A program made the position numbers and the translations under genes. A stretch of 45,574 nt of DNA from Tardiphaga sp. (GTDB lineage Bacteria; Pseudomonadota; Alphaproteobacteria; Rhizobiales; Xanthobacteraceae), in NCBI GenBank assembly GCA_028290325.1, contig JAQGJY010000049.1, positions 1 through 45,574 on the forward strand. The letters run 5' to 3'. The notes under the pieces were generated by a model. The model did no database searches, was not told the DNA's origin, and worked only from the letters and a program-made list of their open reading frames with translations. Below, in pieces: positions 1 through 11,454 of the stretch; within the stretch, counting starts at the first letter, position 1, and every line of letters begins with the position of its first letter.

Positions 1-368
1 TCGAGCTGGCGACGTGCGAACAGGCTCGGATGCGCCGTCTCCTGCTCCGCCACCGTCATGCCTTCCCACTGGCCGTAGCCGATTTCACGCAGACGATCGT
101 CGAGCGCGTAATCGCCCGGCGACAAACCAAGCTGCAAGCGCACCGCCTCCATCGTGCTGCGGGCGCGGCCGAGCGGACTCGACACGTAATGCAGCAACGA
201 TGCCGTGCGTCCATCGCGCGCGATCAGATCGCGCAGAATGCCGCCGGCCTGCGCGGCCTGCACGCGGCCGAGATCATTCAGCGGGATGTCTTGCGAGCCC
301 TGAAAGCGGCCGGCGGCATTCCACGCGGTCTCGCCGTGGCGGATGCAATAGATGAGCGGGACGGGCAT
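1..368 (-). CDS. Histidine phosphatase (phosphoglycerate mutase-like) family protein, truncated by the window edge
   Basis: Manual minus-strand translation from the ATG at 368 gives MPVPLIYCIRHGETAWNAAGRFQGSQDIPLNDLG...SSPLGRARST...LREIGYGQWEG. This has the RHG catalytic motif and the SSPLxRA motif. It is absent from the ORF track because it runs off the window. Confidence 0.9.
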   Translation of the reverse strand, partial: MPVPLIYCIRHGETAWNAAGRFQGSQDIPLNDLGRVQAAQAGGILRDLIARDGRTASLLHYVSSPLGRARSTMEAVRLQLGLSPGDYALDDRLREIGYGQWEGMTVAEQETAHPSLFARRQL

Positions 369-392
369 CGCGTCAGCGCAACACGATCCAGC

Positions 393-1325
393 TCACAACC
401 GGTCGCTCGCGAAGGTGTTGCAGGCCTGAACCGTGCCCTGCTGATAGCCGGTCATGAACCAGCGCTTGCGCTGTTCGGCCGAGCCGTGGGTGAACGAATC
501 CGGCACCACGCGGCCCTGCGCCTGGCGCTGCAACGTATCGTCGCCGATCGCCGCCGCCGTCTGCAACGCCGCGTCGATATCGCCCTTCTCCAGGAATCCG
601 GGACGCTTCTTTTCCTCGCGGTTGACCCAGACGCCCGACAGGCAATCCGCCTGCAACTCGACCTTGACCTGCAACAGATTGGCTTCCGCCTTGCTGCCGG
701 CCTGCTGCTGCAAGCGCGTCACGCGCGGCAGGATGCCGAGCAGGTTCTGGATGTGATGGCCGGCTTCATGCGCGATGATGTAGGCGGCGGTGAATTTGCA
801 CGCATTGCCGGAGCAGCCGCGAAACCGCGTCTCGACCTGCCGGAAGAATCCCGTGTCGAGATAGATGCGTTTGTCGGGCGGGCAATAAAACGGCCCCATC
901 GCCGATTGCGCCATGCCGCAGCGGCCGCCGTCGGTCGCGTTCTTGAACAGCACGATGCGCGGGCCGCTGTAATTCTGCCCGCTTTCCTTGAAGATCTCGC
1001 TCCAGCGATCGTCGATCTCGCCGAGCACGCCGGAGATCATGCTGCCCATGTCGTCGGACGGCGCGCCCTTTTTCGGCGCCTCCGATGTCCGGCGGTCGGT
1101 CTGATAGGTCGGATCCTGCTCGCGCCCGCCCATCGCGATTTCCGCGCCCGAGATCAGAACCCGTGGATCGATGCCGAACGCCCAGCCGACAAGGCCGAGC
1201 ACGACGATCGTGCCGATGCCGAGACCGCCGCCGCCACCGGGGATGCCAAAGCCGCCACCGCCGCCGCCTTCATCGTCGCGGCGGTCGTCGATATTGTCGC
1301 TGCGACGGAAGTCATCGTAACGCAT
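393..1325 (-). CDS. YpfJ-like neutral zinc metallopeptidase
   Basis: MRYDDFRRSDNIDDRR N-terminus, Gly-rich segment plus TM helix, GPFYCPPD, HEAGH (HExxH), ELQADC and DSFTHGS motifs. Confidence 0.9.
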   Translation of the reverse strand: MRYDDFRRSDNIDDRRDDEGGGGGGFGIPGGGGGLGIGTIVVLGLVGWAFGIDPRVLISGAEIAMGGREQDPTYQTDRRTSEAPKKGAPSDDMGSMISGVLGEIDDRWSEIFKESGQNYSGPRIVLFKNATDGGRCGMAQSAMGPFYCPPDKRIYLDTGFFRQVETRFRGCSGNACKFTAAYIIAHEAGHHIQNLLGILPRVTRLQQQAGSKAEANLLQVKVELQADCLSGVWVNREEKKRPGFLEKGDIDAALQTAAAIGDDTLQRQAQGRVVPDSFTHGSAEQRKRWFMTGYQQGTVQACNTFASDRL

Positions 1326-1452
1326 GATGTGATCCCCTGAAGCCGACGGTCCCCGGCCGGCGCGCAGCACAACGCGGACGACCGAAAATCGTTTCCATTT
1401 CCTTAAGCCATATCGCGCTGCGCCGGGCTTTGCCAGCGCGACGGCAACAAGA

Positions 1453-2704
<1,252 letters not shown>

Positions 2705-2806
2705 CGTCTGACACCTGACAGCATTGCGCTTGACGAGGCCCGGTCGTAACAACGGCCGTGTTTTGCGGTTGATCGTCGGATCGACGCCACGTCAGGGAGA
2801 CGCCTC

Positions 2807-3481
2807 ATGCTGAAATTCTATTTCAACAGCTCGCCGAATCCGACCAAGGTCGCTTTATTTCTCGAAGAAGCCGGCCTTGCCTATGAGCCGATGCCGGTCG
2901 ATGTCCGGCTCGGCGATCAGGACAAGCCCGAGTTTCTCGCGATCAATCCGAACGGCAAAGTGCCGGCGATCGACGATAACGGCACGGTCGTCTTCGACTC
3001 CAACGCCATCCTGTTGTATCTCGCCGAAAAGACCGGCCAGTTCCTGCCGTCCGATCGCGCCGCGTTGCTGTCGTGGCTGATGTTCGTCGCCACCGGCGTC
3101 GGTCCCTTCTTCGGGCAGGCGGTGCATTTCAAGCACTTCGCGCCGGAGAAGATCGCCTACGCCAATACCCGCTATCAATTCGAGGCCAAACGCCATCTCG
3201 CCGTACTCGATCAGCGCCTGACCGGTCGCACCTACATGGTCGGCGACGCCTACAGCATCGTCGATATGGACGTCTGGGGCTGGGCGCGGGTGGCGGCGTT
3301 CATTCTCGGTGACAACGCGCTCGACGCCTATCCGAACGTCAAGCGGCTGGTCGATGAGGTCTCCGCCCGTCCCGCCGCCGCCAGAGCGATCGCCTTGAAG
3401 GACAAGTTCAAGTGGAAAACGGACATGGACGATCAGGCCCGCGGCAACATGTTCAAGCATCTCGACAGCAAGGTGGCGTGA
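2807..3481 (+). CDS. Glutathione S-transferase family protein (YfcG/Ure2-like)
   Basis: SPNP, INPNGKVPAI, FDSNAILLYLAEKTG and YSIVDM motifs; GGAG SD upstream. Confidence 0.92.
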   Translation: MLKFYFNSSPNPTKVALFLEEAGLAYEPMPVDVRLGDQDKPEFLAINPNGKVPAIDDNGTVVFDSNAILLYLAEKTGQFLPSDRAALLSWLMFVATGVGPFFGQAVHFKHFAPEKIAYANTRYQFEAKRHLAVLDQRLTGRTYMVGDAYSIVDMDVWGWARVAAFILGDNALDAYPNVKRLVDEVSARPAAARAIALKDKFKWKTDMDDQARGNMFKHLDSKVA

Positions 3482-3671
3482 GGCCAACGCTTGTCATGGC
3501 AAGAAGCGAGGGTTGCTCGGCTTTGCGCGACCCTCGCGACCAAGCATTCCAGCCTTCTCGGTTTTGAGAGAGCTGGATTGCGATCGTTTGGTCGAAACCG
3601 GCCAGACCGCCGGCTTTGAATTAATCGGCTCGCCATCACGAATGCGGGCCGATCGGTGCGGCGGACTCACA

Positions 3672-4892
3672 TCACGCCGGCAGCGAGGCGTCGATCACCG
3701 GCCCGAAACTCTGATAGCGCTCGCCGTTGAAGCGGATCAGTTGCAGTTGCTCGATCGGGTAATAATCCGTCGGGCTGGTATTCACCGTAATGCCCGGCAA
3801 CAGCAGATCGGCGGCGTAGTTTTTCAGATTGGCCGCCTGTTTCATGATGTTGGCACGCGAGAAATCGTCGCCGCATTGTTTCAGCACCTGCATCATCACC
3901 AGCGTCACGACATAGCCGGACACGGACAGGGAATCCTTCCGGTCCGCTTCCGGCAGATATTTGTCGAGAAACGCATTCCAGCGCGCGAAGTCCGGATCGT
4001 CCTTCCATGTCGGATCGGTCGGATCCTTCAGATAAGCGCTCGAAATGATGCCGTTGGCATTTTCGAAACCGGCCGGTTTCAGCACCGCCCCCAGCGAATT
4101 GGCGTTGCTGCCGAGATAATGCGCCGGCTTCCAGCCAAGCTCGGCATTCTTGCGGATCGCTTGCGCGGCATATTTCGGCGTCGTCATGTTCATGAAGACA
4201 GTGGCGCCGGCCGCGTGGATCGACACGATCTGGCTATCGATCGTCGGCGAGGTCGATTCGTAAGGCTGCTGCGAGACGATCATCGCGGCGCGATCGCCGA
4301 GCCCGTCGCGAAAACCCTTCAGCACGTCCTTGCCGAAATCATCGTTCTGATAGAGCACGCCGATCTTGGCATCGGGCTGCGCGCCGAGCACATGCCGCGC
4401 GAACGCCCGGCCCTCGCTCTGATAGTTCGGCAAAAATCCCATCGTCCACGGGAAGTTGGCGGGATCGCCGAACTTGGTCGCGCCCGACGCGATGAAGAGA
4501 TGCGGCACCTTTTTCTGGTTCATGTATTTCATGATCGATGAATTGGTCGGCGCGCCGAGCGGCGCGAAAATCAAATCGACCTCGTCGCTCTCGACCAGAC
4601 GGCGCGCCTGTTCGACCGTCTTCGGCGGGCTGTAGGCGTCGTCATAGGTGATGAACTTGATCTTGCGGCCGTTGATACCGCCGTCGTCATTGACCTTCTG
4701 GAAGTAGGCCCCCGCGATCTTGCCGAGGATCGCGTAAACCCCGGCGGGACCGCTATAGGCGTTGATATTGCCGATCTTGATCTCGGCCGCGCTTTGGCTG
4801 AAGGCCCGGCCCCCGGCGAGCGACACGCCCGCGATGGATGTGGCGCCTGCGAGCAGCGCGCGGCGGCTCAGGTCATGAGATCGATCAGGCAT
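3672..4892 (-). CDS. LivK-type ABC transporter substrate-binding protein with Tat signal
   Basis: SRRALL twin-arginine signal; GGINGRKIKFITYDDAYSPPKTVEQARRLVE motif. No permease genes adjacent. Confidence 0.9.
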   Translation of the reverse strand: MPDRSHDLSRRALLAGATSIAGVSLAGGRAFSQSAAEIKIGNINAYSGPAGVYAILGKIAGAYFQKVNDDGGINGRKIKFITYDDAYSPPKTVEQARRLVESDEVDLIFAPLGAPTNSSIMKYMNQKKVPHLFIASGATKFGDPANFPWTMGFLPNYQSEGRAFARHVLGAQPDAKIGVLYQNDDFGKDVLKGFRDGLGDRAAMIVSQQPYESTSPTIDSQIVSIHAAGATVFMNMTTPKYAAQAIRKNAELGWKPAHYLGSNANSLGAVLKPAGFENANGIISSAYLKDPTDPTWKDDPDFARWNAFLDKYLPEADRKDSLSVSGYVVTLVMMQVLKQCGDDFSRANIMKQAANLKNYAADLLLPGITVNTSPTDYYPIEQLQLIRFNGERYQSFGPVIDASLPA

Positions 4893-4945
4893 GGTGTTCT
4901 CCCGAATGCGGCATCGCCGCTGTTTTCGACCACGCTAGACCTGTT

Positions 4946-5176
4946 TCAGCGGCCGGTCTTGCGCGCACGCGCTGCAACGCGCATGGCCTCGTCACGCGCG
5001 ATGATGCCGAGGTCGCGCTCGCCGCGCAGCGACTGGCTGGGATCGATGACATCGCCGCCTTTGATGACGAGATCGTAGTTGTCGTCGGGAGCCATCGCGG
5101 CGCGGGCCGGACCAAGCAAAGTCGTCGCGGCTGACAGTCCGCCGGCGATCTTCAAGTCACGCCGCAACATCGTCAT
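4946..5176 (-). pseudogene. Truncated 5' remnant of a Tat-exported amidohydrolase/deacetylase-family metallohydrolase
   Basis: RRDL...ARAAM signal, then YDLVIKGGDVIDPSQSLRGERDLGI, the typical first beta-strands of amidohydrolases. It stops at 76 aa, before any HxH metal motif. Confidence 0.7.
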
Positions 5177-5328
5177 TCCCGCCGCAGTGTTTGATTTGTT
5201 GCGGCGAGACTAAACCGCCGCGGGCAAAAGCCGAGACCAATTCGATGCTGCATCGCGCCAATCACGCGGAGTTGCCGGAAGTCGCCCGTCATGCCATGAC
5301 GCCAGCGTAAACCTTGGGGACATGCACC

Positions 5329-6618
5329 ATGACCGTTCTCATCGCCGGCGGCGGTATCGGCGGATTGACCCTTGCGCTCAGCCTGCACCAGATCGGCGTC
5401 GATTGTCGGGTGTTCGAAAGTGTCCCGGCCTTGAAGCCGCTCGGCGTCGGCATCAATGTGCTGCCGCATGCGGTGCGCGAACTGATCGAGCTTGGTCTGC
5501 TCGACAGACTCGACTCGATCGGCGTCCGGACCAAAGAACTCGCGTTCTTTTCCAAACACGGCAAACCGATCTGGAGCGAGCCGCGCGGCATCGAGGCCGG
5601 CTACAAGTGGCCGCAATTCTCGGTCCACCGGGGCATGCTTCAGCAGATCCTGCTCGACACCGTGATCGCGCGGCTCGGCGCGGATGCCATCCTGACGAGC
5701 CACCACATCAAGGATTGGCGCGAGAGCGACGGCGGCGTCAGCGCCGATTTCATCGACAAGGCGACCGGAAAAGCCGCCGGCTCGTATGACGGCGCGTTGC
5801 TGATCGCCGCCGACGGGATTCATTCCGCGATTCGCGAAAAGCTGTATCCGCGCGAAGGCGCGCCGTTGTGGAATGGCCGCATTCTGTGGCGCGGCATCAC
5901 GCTGGCCGACAAGTTTCTCACCGGCCGCACGATGATCATGGCCGGTCATGAGATCCTGAAATTCGTCTGCTATCCGATTTCGAAAGACCCCGACGCGAAC
6001 GGCAAGTATCAGATCAATTGGGTGGCCGAACGGCATCTGCCGCCGACCTACCAATGGCGGCGCGAGGATTACAACCGCGCCGGCAATCTCGCGGAGTTTC
6101 TTCCGCATTTCGAACAGTGGGACTTCGACTGGCTCGATGTCGCGGGTCTCATCCGCGACTGTCCGCATGTTTACGAATACCCGCTGGTCGATCGCGATCC
6201 CGTCGATCGATGGAGCTTTGGACGCGTCACGCTGACCGGCGACGCCGCCCATCCGATGTATCCGATCGGCAGCAACGGCGCGTCGCAGGCGATCCTCGAT
6301 GCCCGCACGCTGACGCGTGAGATTTTAGCACATGGTGAAGTACCCGCCGCGCTCGGCGCCTATGAGGCCGAGCGCCGTCCCGCCACCACCGAACTGGTCA
6401 AGCTCAATCGCCGCAACGGTCCGGAGCAAGTGATGCAGATCGTCGAGGAACGCGCGCCTGACGGCTTCGAGGTCGTCACCGACGTGCTGTCGCAGCAAGA
6501 ATTGGAAGACATCGCGGCGAACTACAAACGCGTCGCCGGGTTTCAGGTCGAAGACCTCAACGCCAAGCCGCCGATCGTGCCGACGCCGCCCGCACCCGTG
6601 ATGTCGATCGCGGGATGA
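5329..6618 (+). CDS. FAD-dependent monooxygenase / flavin-dependent oxidoreductase (salicylate hydroxylase-like family)
   Basis: MTVLIAGGGIGG Rossmann motif, ADGIHS and GDAAHPMYPIGSNGASQAILDA. Confidence 0.92.
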   Translation: MTVLIAGGGIGGLTLALSLHQIGVDCRVFESVPALKPLGVGINVLPHAVRELIELGLLDRLDSIGVRTKELAFFSKHGKPIWSEPRGIEAGYKWPQFSVHRGMLQQILLDTVIARLGADAILTSHHIKDWRESDGGVSADFIDKATGKAAGSYDGALLIAADGIHSAIREKLYPREGAPLWNGRILWRGITLADKFLTGRTMIMAGHEILKFVCYPISKDPDANGKYQINWVAERHLPPTYQWRREDYNRAGNLAEFLPHFEQWDFDWLDVAGLIRDCPHVYEYPLVDRDPVDRWSFGRVTLTGDAAHPMYPIGSNGASQAILDARTLTREILAHGEVPAALGAYEAERRPATTELVKLNRRNGPEQVMQIVEERAPDGFEVVTDVLSQQELEDIAANYKRVAGFQVEDLNAKPPIVPTPPAPVMSIAG

Positions 6619-7731
6619 TCACTGCCCCAGTCCATGCGCGATGACTTTTCGCATCAGGTTCGGCAGCGCCTCGGTCGGCAGGTCGGCGATCCTGACCCAG
6701 CGCATCCCGTCCGGCGCTCCGGTCTTGGCCGGAACGGTCGCGACATAGACGACCAGATCAAGCGGAAAGTGCGTGAAAATGTGATTCACGACGCCGGCAC
6801 GCGAGCGCCACGTGACCTTGATGGGCGGCGCGTCCGCCAGCGCCGTCGTGGCGTCCCAATCCGCCGCCCAGGCGGTCGTCGGCACCTCGGTCATACCACC
6901 GAGCAAACCCTTGTCCGGCCTCGTCCTCAACAGGATGTCGGCGCCGCGAACGACGACGAAGGCGGCACCCCGGCGCCGGGCGCCGGTCTTCTTCGGGGCC
7001 TTGCGTGGGAAGGTGTCCTGATCGCCGCGCCATCGCGCCGCGCAATCGTGATTGAGCGGGCACAGCGCGCAAGCCGGCTTCCTCGGCGTGCAGATCGTCG
7101 CGCCCAAATCCATCAGCGCCTGCGCGGAATCACCGGCGCGGGCGTCCGCCAGCAACGTCGCGGCAAGTTCGGCGATGCGTGGCTTCGCCTTTGGCAGCGG
7201 CTCTTCGACGGCATGGAGCCGCGACACCACCCGCTCGATATTGCCATCGACGGGCATCGACTGCCGCGCGAACGCGATCGCGGCGATCGCCGCCGCCGTG
7301 TAGGGTCCGATACCCGGCAGCGCCCGCAAACCGGCTTCGGTATCAGGAAACGCGCCGCCGTGATCGCGCATCACCATGACGGCGCAGGCGTGCAAATTCC
7401 GCGCGCGCGAGTAGTAGCCGAGCCCGGCCCACATCCGCAGCACGTCCTCCAACGGCGCGCGTCCGAGCGACCCGACATCCGGCCAGCGTGCGAGAAACCG
7501 CTCGAAATAGGGGCCAACCGCTTTCACGGTGGTCTGCTGCAACATGATTTCGGAGAGCCAGACGCGATAGGGATCGCTGGCCTCGCCGGGCAGCGCTCGC
7601 CACGGCAGCACCCGGCGATGCCCGTCGTACCAGTCGAGCAACAATGTCGGCCGGCTGGTGGACGTGTCAGGCCTGAGTTTTTTGATCAGCGACGATTGCA
7701 CCCGACGAAAATACGGCAGCAACACCGACAA
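6619..7731 (-). CDS. mutY: A/G-specific adenine DNA glycosylase (start codon uncertain)
   Basis: VWLSEIMLQQT, WAGLGYYSRARNLH, HhH LPGIGPYTA, VDGNIERV, [4Fe-4S] motif CTPRKPACALCPLNHDC and C-terminal HIFTHF. Confidence 0.95.
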   Translation of the reverse strand: MSVLLPYFRRVQSSLIKKLRPDTSTSRPTLLLDWYDGHRRVLPWRALPGEASDPYRVWLSEIMLQQTTVKAVGPYFERFLARWPDVGSLGRAPLEDVLRMWAGLGYYSRARNLHACAVMVMRDHGGAFPDTEAGLRALPGIGPYTAAAIAAIAFARQSMPVDGNIERVVSRLHAVEEPLPKAKPRIAELAATLLADARAGDSAQALMDLGATICTPRKPACALCPLNHDCAARWRGDQDTFPRKAPKKTGARRRGAAFVVVRGADILLRTRPDKGLLGGMTEVPTTAWAADWDATTALADAPPIKVTWRSRAGVVNHIFTHFPLDLVVYVATVPAKTGAPDGMRWVRIADLPTEALPNLMRKVIAHGLGQ

Positions 7732-7997
7732 GGCCAGCCTTGTCGGTCATATCGTCGTGCGTTATGCGTTGATCCTGATCCGCGGTTTCGCCCGCCTCAA
7801 GACGAAGGTGATCTGGGCCGCCACAGCGGCAAGCCGCCGCCTGATATTCAGTGATTTGCGAGGACCGATCCGAGCGCCTCATATGTCGAAAATCGTCGAT
7901 GACCAGGGCTCCAGACCGACTATGATCCGACGCAAACGTGGCGACATCGAACGCGACCTCAGGACCATTCAACCGCGAGCGGCGTGAAAGCCAGACC

Positions 7998-8507
7998 ATG
8001 TCCAAGCCGCCCTCAGGCAATCCACGCGCCCGCATCACCGCCCGACCGCTCTCCGTGCTGCTCGGCGGCGTGTTCGCGGAAGCCTATGCCAAGCAGGGCT
8101 TCGCCTCGCGCGAATTGGTGACGCGCTGGGGCGAAATCGCCGGCGAGGAGATCGCCGCGCATTCCGAGCCGCTGAAGATGCAATGGCCGCGTCCGGTCGA
8201 GGGCCAGCCGCAGGAGCCGGCAACATTGATCCTGCGGGTCGAAGGGCCGATGGCGCTGGAAATCCAGCACTCGTCCGACGTCATCCTGCAACGGGTCAAT
8301 CGCTTCTTCGGCTGGAGCGCCGTCGGCAAGCTCGCCTTGCGGCAAGCCCCGTTGTCACGTCCCGTGCCGCGCCGCGAGATCAAACCGCCGGCCCCGGCGG
8401 CCGTTGCCAAAGTGGCCGAAACGCTGACCGGGGTGGAGGACGAGGCGCTGCGCGACGCGCTGGCGCGGCTCGGGGCAGCGCTAAGCCCGCCGATCAAGCG
8501 GAATTGA
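7998..8507 (+). CDS. DUF721 / DciA family protein
   Basis: LVTRWGEIAG, TLILRVEGPMALEIQH and RVNRFFGWSAVGKLALRQ motifs; conserved position between mutY and dsbA. Confidence 0.85.
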   Translation: MSKPPSGNPRARITARPLSVLLGGVFAEAYAKQGFASRELVTRWGEIAGEEIAAHSEPLKMQWPRPVEGQPQEPATLILRVEGPMALEIQHSSDVILQRVNRFFGWSAVGKLALRQAPLSRPVPRREIKPPAPAAVAKVAETLTGVEDEALRDALARLGAALSPPIKRN

Positions 8508-8616
8508 CGTCTCGAAAGATCGCGCGAAGCGGCGCGCGCTTGCCACAATTTTGGTTTCAAGCTAGCGAGTTGCAGCCATTCGCGCGCGCCGTCGCGCCAG
8601 TTCCGGAGCCTGCTCG

Positions 8617-9285
8617 ATGATCACCCGCCGCGCTTTCAATGCCGCTTTGTCGCTGACCGGGCTCGCCGCCGTTGCGGGGTTGTCGCCGCTGCGCCTGATC
8701 AACGATGCCTTCGCGCAGAGCAAAGCCGCGGCCAGCGCCGCCGATGTCGCCAAACCGGTGTCGCTGCCGGATATGGCGCTGGGTCCGAAGGACGCCGCCG
8801 TGACCATCACCGAATACGCCTCGATGACCTGCGGTCATTGCGCGGCCTTCACCGAGCAGGTCTTTCCGAAGATCAAGGCGGCCTATATCGACACCAACAA
8901 GATCCGCTTCATTTTCCGCGAATTCCCGCTCGACATCAAAGCCGCCGCCGGCTCGATGCTGTCGCGCTGCATCGCCAAGGATGACGCCGGCAAGTATTTC
9001 GCCGCCGTCGATATGCTGTTCAAGCAGCAGAACGACTGGGTGATGAAAAACACCACCGAGACGCTGACGCGGATCGGCAAGCAGGCTGGTATGAGCCAAC
9101 AGGGCGTCGAGGATTGCCTCAAGGATCAGGCGCTGCTCGACAAGATCGCGGCCGACCAGAAATATGCCGCCGACGTGCTGAAGGTGAATTCGACCCCGAC
9201 CTTCTTCATCAATGGCGAGATGCTGAAGGGCGAGACCTCGTTCGAGGAATTCGACAAGCGCATCAAGGCGCTGATGAAAAGCTGA
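8617..9285 (+). CDS. DsbA-family thiol-disulfide oxidoreductase with Tat signal
   Basis: TRRAF Tat signal, EYASMTCGHC (CxxC), REFPLD and STPTFFING. Confidence 0.92.
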   Translation: MITRRAFNAALSLTGLAAVAGLSPLRLINDAFAQSKAAASAADVAKPVSLPDMALGPKDAAVTITEYASMTCGHCAAFTEQVFPKIKAAYIDTNKIRFIFREFPLDIKAAAGSMLSRCIAKDDAGKYFAAVDMLFKQQNDWVMKNTTETLTRIGKQAGMSQQGVEDCLKDQALLDKIAADQKYAADVLKVNSTPTFFINGEMLKGETSFEEFDKRIKALMKS

Positions 9286-9328
9286 TCGATCCGCCGGCTG
9301 TTCGACGCAGCGGCGATCCAATCCGGCA

Positions 9329-10477
9329 CTACGCGGCGCCGGCCAGTTTCCGCGCCACGAAGTCGCGCACCGACGCGCCGTCGACATCCTTTGCGATCAC
9401 TGCTTTGCCGACGGCTTCCAGCAGGATGAAGGTCAGTCGTCCGCGCGACACTTTCTTGTCCTGTGCCATCAAGGTCATCAGCGCATCGGCGTCGGCGAGG
9501 CCTTCCTGCGAAAAGCCGGCGATATCCTGCAAGGCCGTCGGCAGGCCGACCTCGGCGAGGTGGCGCTTGACGCGCAATGCGTCATCGGCCGCGATCAGGC
9601 CGCGCTCCACCGAGAACTCAGCCGCCAGCGTCATGCCGACCGCGACGCCCTCGCCATGGAACAGCCGATCGGAAAACCCGGTCGCCGCTTCGAGCGCGTG
9701 GCCGAACGTATGGCCGAGATTGAGCAACGCGCGATCGCCGGTCTCGCGTTCGTCGCGGGACACGATCGCCGCCTTGGCGCGGCAGGACGTGGCGATCGCA
9801 TGTTCGCGCGCGCTAGCGCCGGCCATGATGCCGGCGTGATTGACCTCGAGCCACGCGAAAAAACCTTCATCGCCGAGCACGCCATATTTCGCGACCTCGG
9901 CGTAGCCGGCGCGAAATTGCCGGGGCGACAGCGTATCGAGCACGGCGGTATCCGCGACGACCAGCACCGGCTGATGAAAGGCGCCGACCAGATTCTTGCC
10001 CTGCGGCGAGTTGATCCCGGTTTTGCCGCCGACCGAGGAATCCACCTGCGCCAGCAGCGACGTCGGCACCTGCACGAAATCAATGCCGCGCCGCACCACC
10101 GCCGCCGCGAAGCCGGCGAGATCGCCGACCACCCCGCCGCCAAGCGCCACGACCAGGTCGTTGCGCTCGATCCTGGCCGAGATCAGCGCCTCGCAAACCT
10201 GTTCGAGGCCGGCGTAGCTTTTGGAGGCTTCGCCCTCGCCGACGATGATGCGCGAGGACGCGATGCCGGCTTCGGCGAGCGAGGTTTCGGTGGCTTCGAG
10301 CCAATGTCGCGCCACCGTGCGATCGGTGACGATCGCCGTGCGCGCCCCGGGCCGCAGCGCCGCGATCCGACGACCGAGACCGCCCAGCACATTGCGGCCG
10401 ATCACGATCTCATAGGCGCGGTCGCCGAGCGCGACATCGACGATGGTCGGAGCGGTGTGCGTCAAAGCCGCGGTCAT
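9329..10477 (-). CDS. aroB: 3-dehydroquinate synthase
   Basis: ALGGGVVGDLAGF, QVPTSLLAQVDSSVGGKTGIN, LLNLGHTFGHALE, HGEGVAVG and DKK motifs. Confidence 0.97.
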   Translation of the reverse strand: MTAALTHTAPTIVDVALGDRAYEIVIGRNVLGGLGRRIAALRPGARTAIVTDRTVARHWLEATETSLAEAGIASSRIIVGEGEASKSYAGLEQVCEALISARIERNDLVVALGGGVVGDLAGFAAAVVRRGIDFVQVPTSLLAQVDSSVGGKTGINSPQGKNLVGAFHQPVLVVADTAVLDTLSPRQFRAGYAEVAKYGVLGDEGFFAWLEVNHAGIMAGASAREHAIATSCRAKAAIVSRDERETGDRALLNLGHTFGHALEAATGFSDRLFHGEGVAVGMTLAAEFSVERGLIAADDALRVKRHLAEVGLPTALQDIAGFSQEGLADADALMTLMAQDKKVSRGRLTFILLEAVGKAVIAKDVDGASVRDFVARKLAGAA

Positions 10478-11100
10478 GATCGGGAATCCATCGACAAAGG
10501 GTGGAGCAAGGCCGGCGCGCCGACGAGATGCGCGTGCAACGCCGCGATGCTTTCATCGACGATGGTTTCGTGCGGCACGTCGCGCGAGTCGATCGTGATA
10601 TCGGACTGTTGGTAGAACGGATGCCGCTCGCCGATCAGCCGGGCAATCGTGCCGGCGGGATCGGCCGTGTGCAGCAATGGCCGATCGGCGCGGCGTTTGA
10701 CCCGGCGCAGAATGACGTCAGCCTCGGCCTTCAACCAGACCGAGACGCCCGCCGCCGCGATCCGCGCCCGCGTGGAGTCGCGCATATAGGCGCCGCCGCC
10801 GGTCGCCAGCACCAACGGCCCGCCGGCCAGCAGCCGCGAGATCACCCGCGCCTCGCCGTCGCGGAAATGCGGCTCGCCATGCTGCTGGAAAATTTCCGGG
10901 ATCGACATCGCGGCCGCCGCCTCGATCTCGGTGTCGGCATCGACGAAGGGCAGCCGCAGCCGCAGCGCCAGCCGGCGGCCGACCGTGGATTTGCCCGCCC
11001 CCATCATGCCGATCAGCACGATCGACCGCTGTCCGAGCGCCGCCACGATGGCGGCGTCCGGAGACAGATTCGCGCCGATGGCTGCGACAGGTTCGGACAT
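10474..11100 (-). CDS. aroK: Shikimate kinase
   Basis: GMMGAGKST P-loop, FRDGE, ATGGG and RPLL; ATGA overlap with aroB. Confidence 0.95.
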   Translation of the reverse strand: MSEPVAAIGANLSPDAAIVAALGQRSIVLIGMMGAGKSTVGRRLALRLRLPFVDADTEIEAAAAMSIPEIFQQHGEPHFRDGEARVISRLLAGGPLVLATGGGAYMRDSTRARIAAAGVSVWLKAEADVILRRVKRRADRPLLHTADPAGTIARLIGERHPFYQQSDITIDSRDVPHETIVDESIAALHAHLVGAPALLHPLSMDSRS

Positions 11101-11283
11101 GCAAGGCGATCCACCAGGGCGACCGGACAGACGGCCGCCTGCGCCACCTATACTACCCCGGCGCGGGACCATGCCAGAGGACATTGTGCCAAGCGCGCAA
11201 TGGCTTGCACCGGCCTGGCGAACGTGGTGGTAGTCTCGCCGGAATGAACCCCTGTTGAGGCGGCTGCCTCCGAGATCGCACCG

Positions 11284-11430
11284 ATGCCGAGCCTGCTGCG
11301 TTTCCTGACCGTCGTCGCCGTGATCGGCGGACTCGGTTATGGCGCGCTGTTCGCGCTGGCCAATTTCGTGACGCCGAAGCCGCGCGAAATGACGGTGACG
11401 ATCCAGCCGGACAAGTTTCAGAAGCGGTAG
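11284..11430 (+). CDS. Small single-TM protein, 48 aa (MPSLLRFLTVVAVIGGLGYGALFALANFVTPKPREMTVTIQPDKFQKR)
   Basis: Manual translation, below the ORF-track cutoff. Typical codon usage and one TM helix. Resembles the small conserved protein I recall lying divergent from aroK in Rhizobiales. Confidence 0.8.
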   Translation: MPSLLRFLTVVAVIGGLGYGALFALANFVTPKPREMTVTIQPDKFQKR

Positions 11431-11454
11431 ATTTTCCCGTGCGCGGAAGGAAGA

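Noticed and set aside
7658-7987. ORFs in the mutY-dciA divergent gap
   Set aside because: No family motifs and atypical codon usage. Most likely promoter DNA plus an uncertain mutY start.
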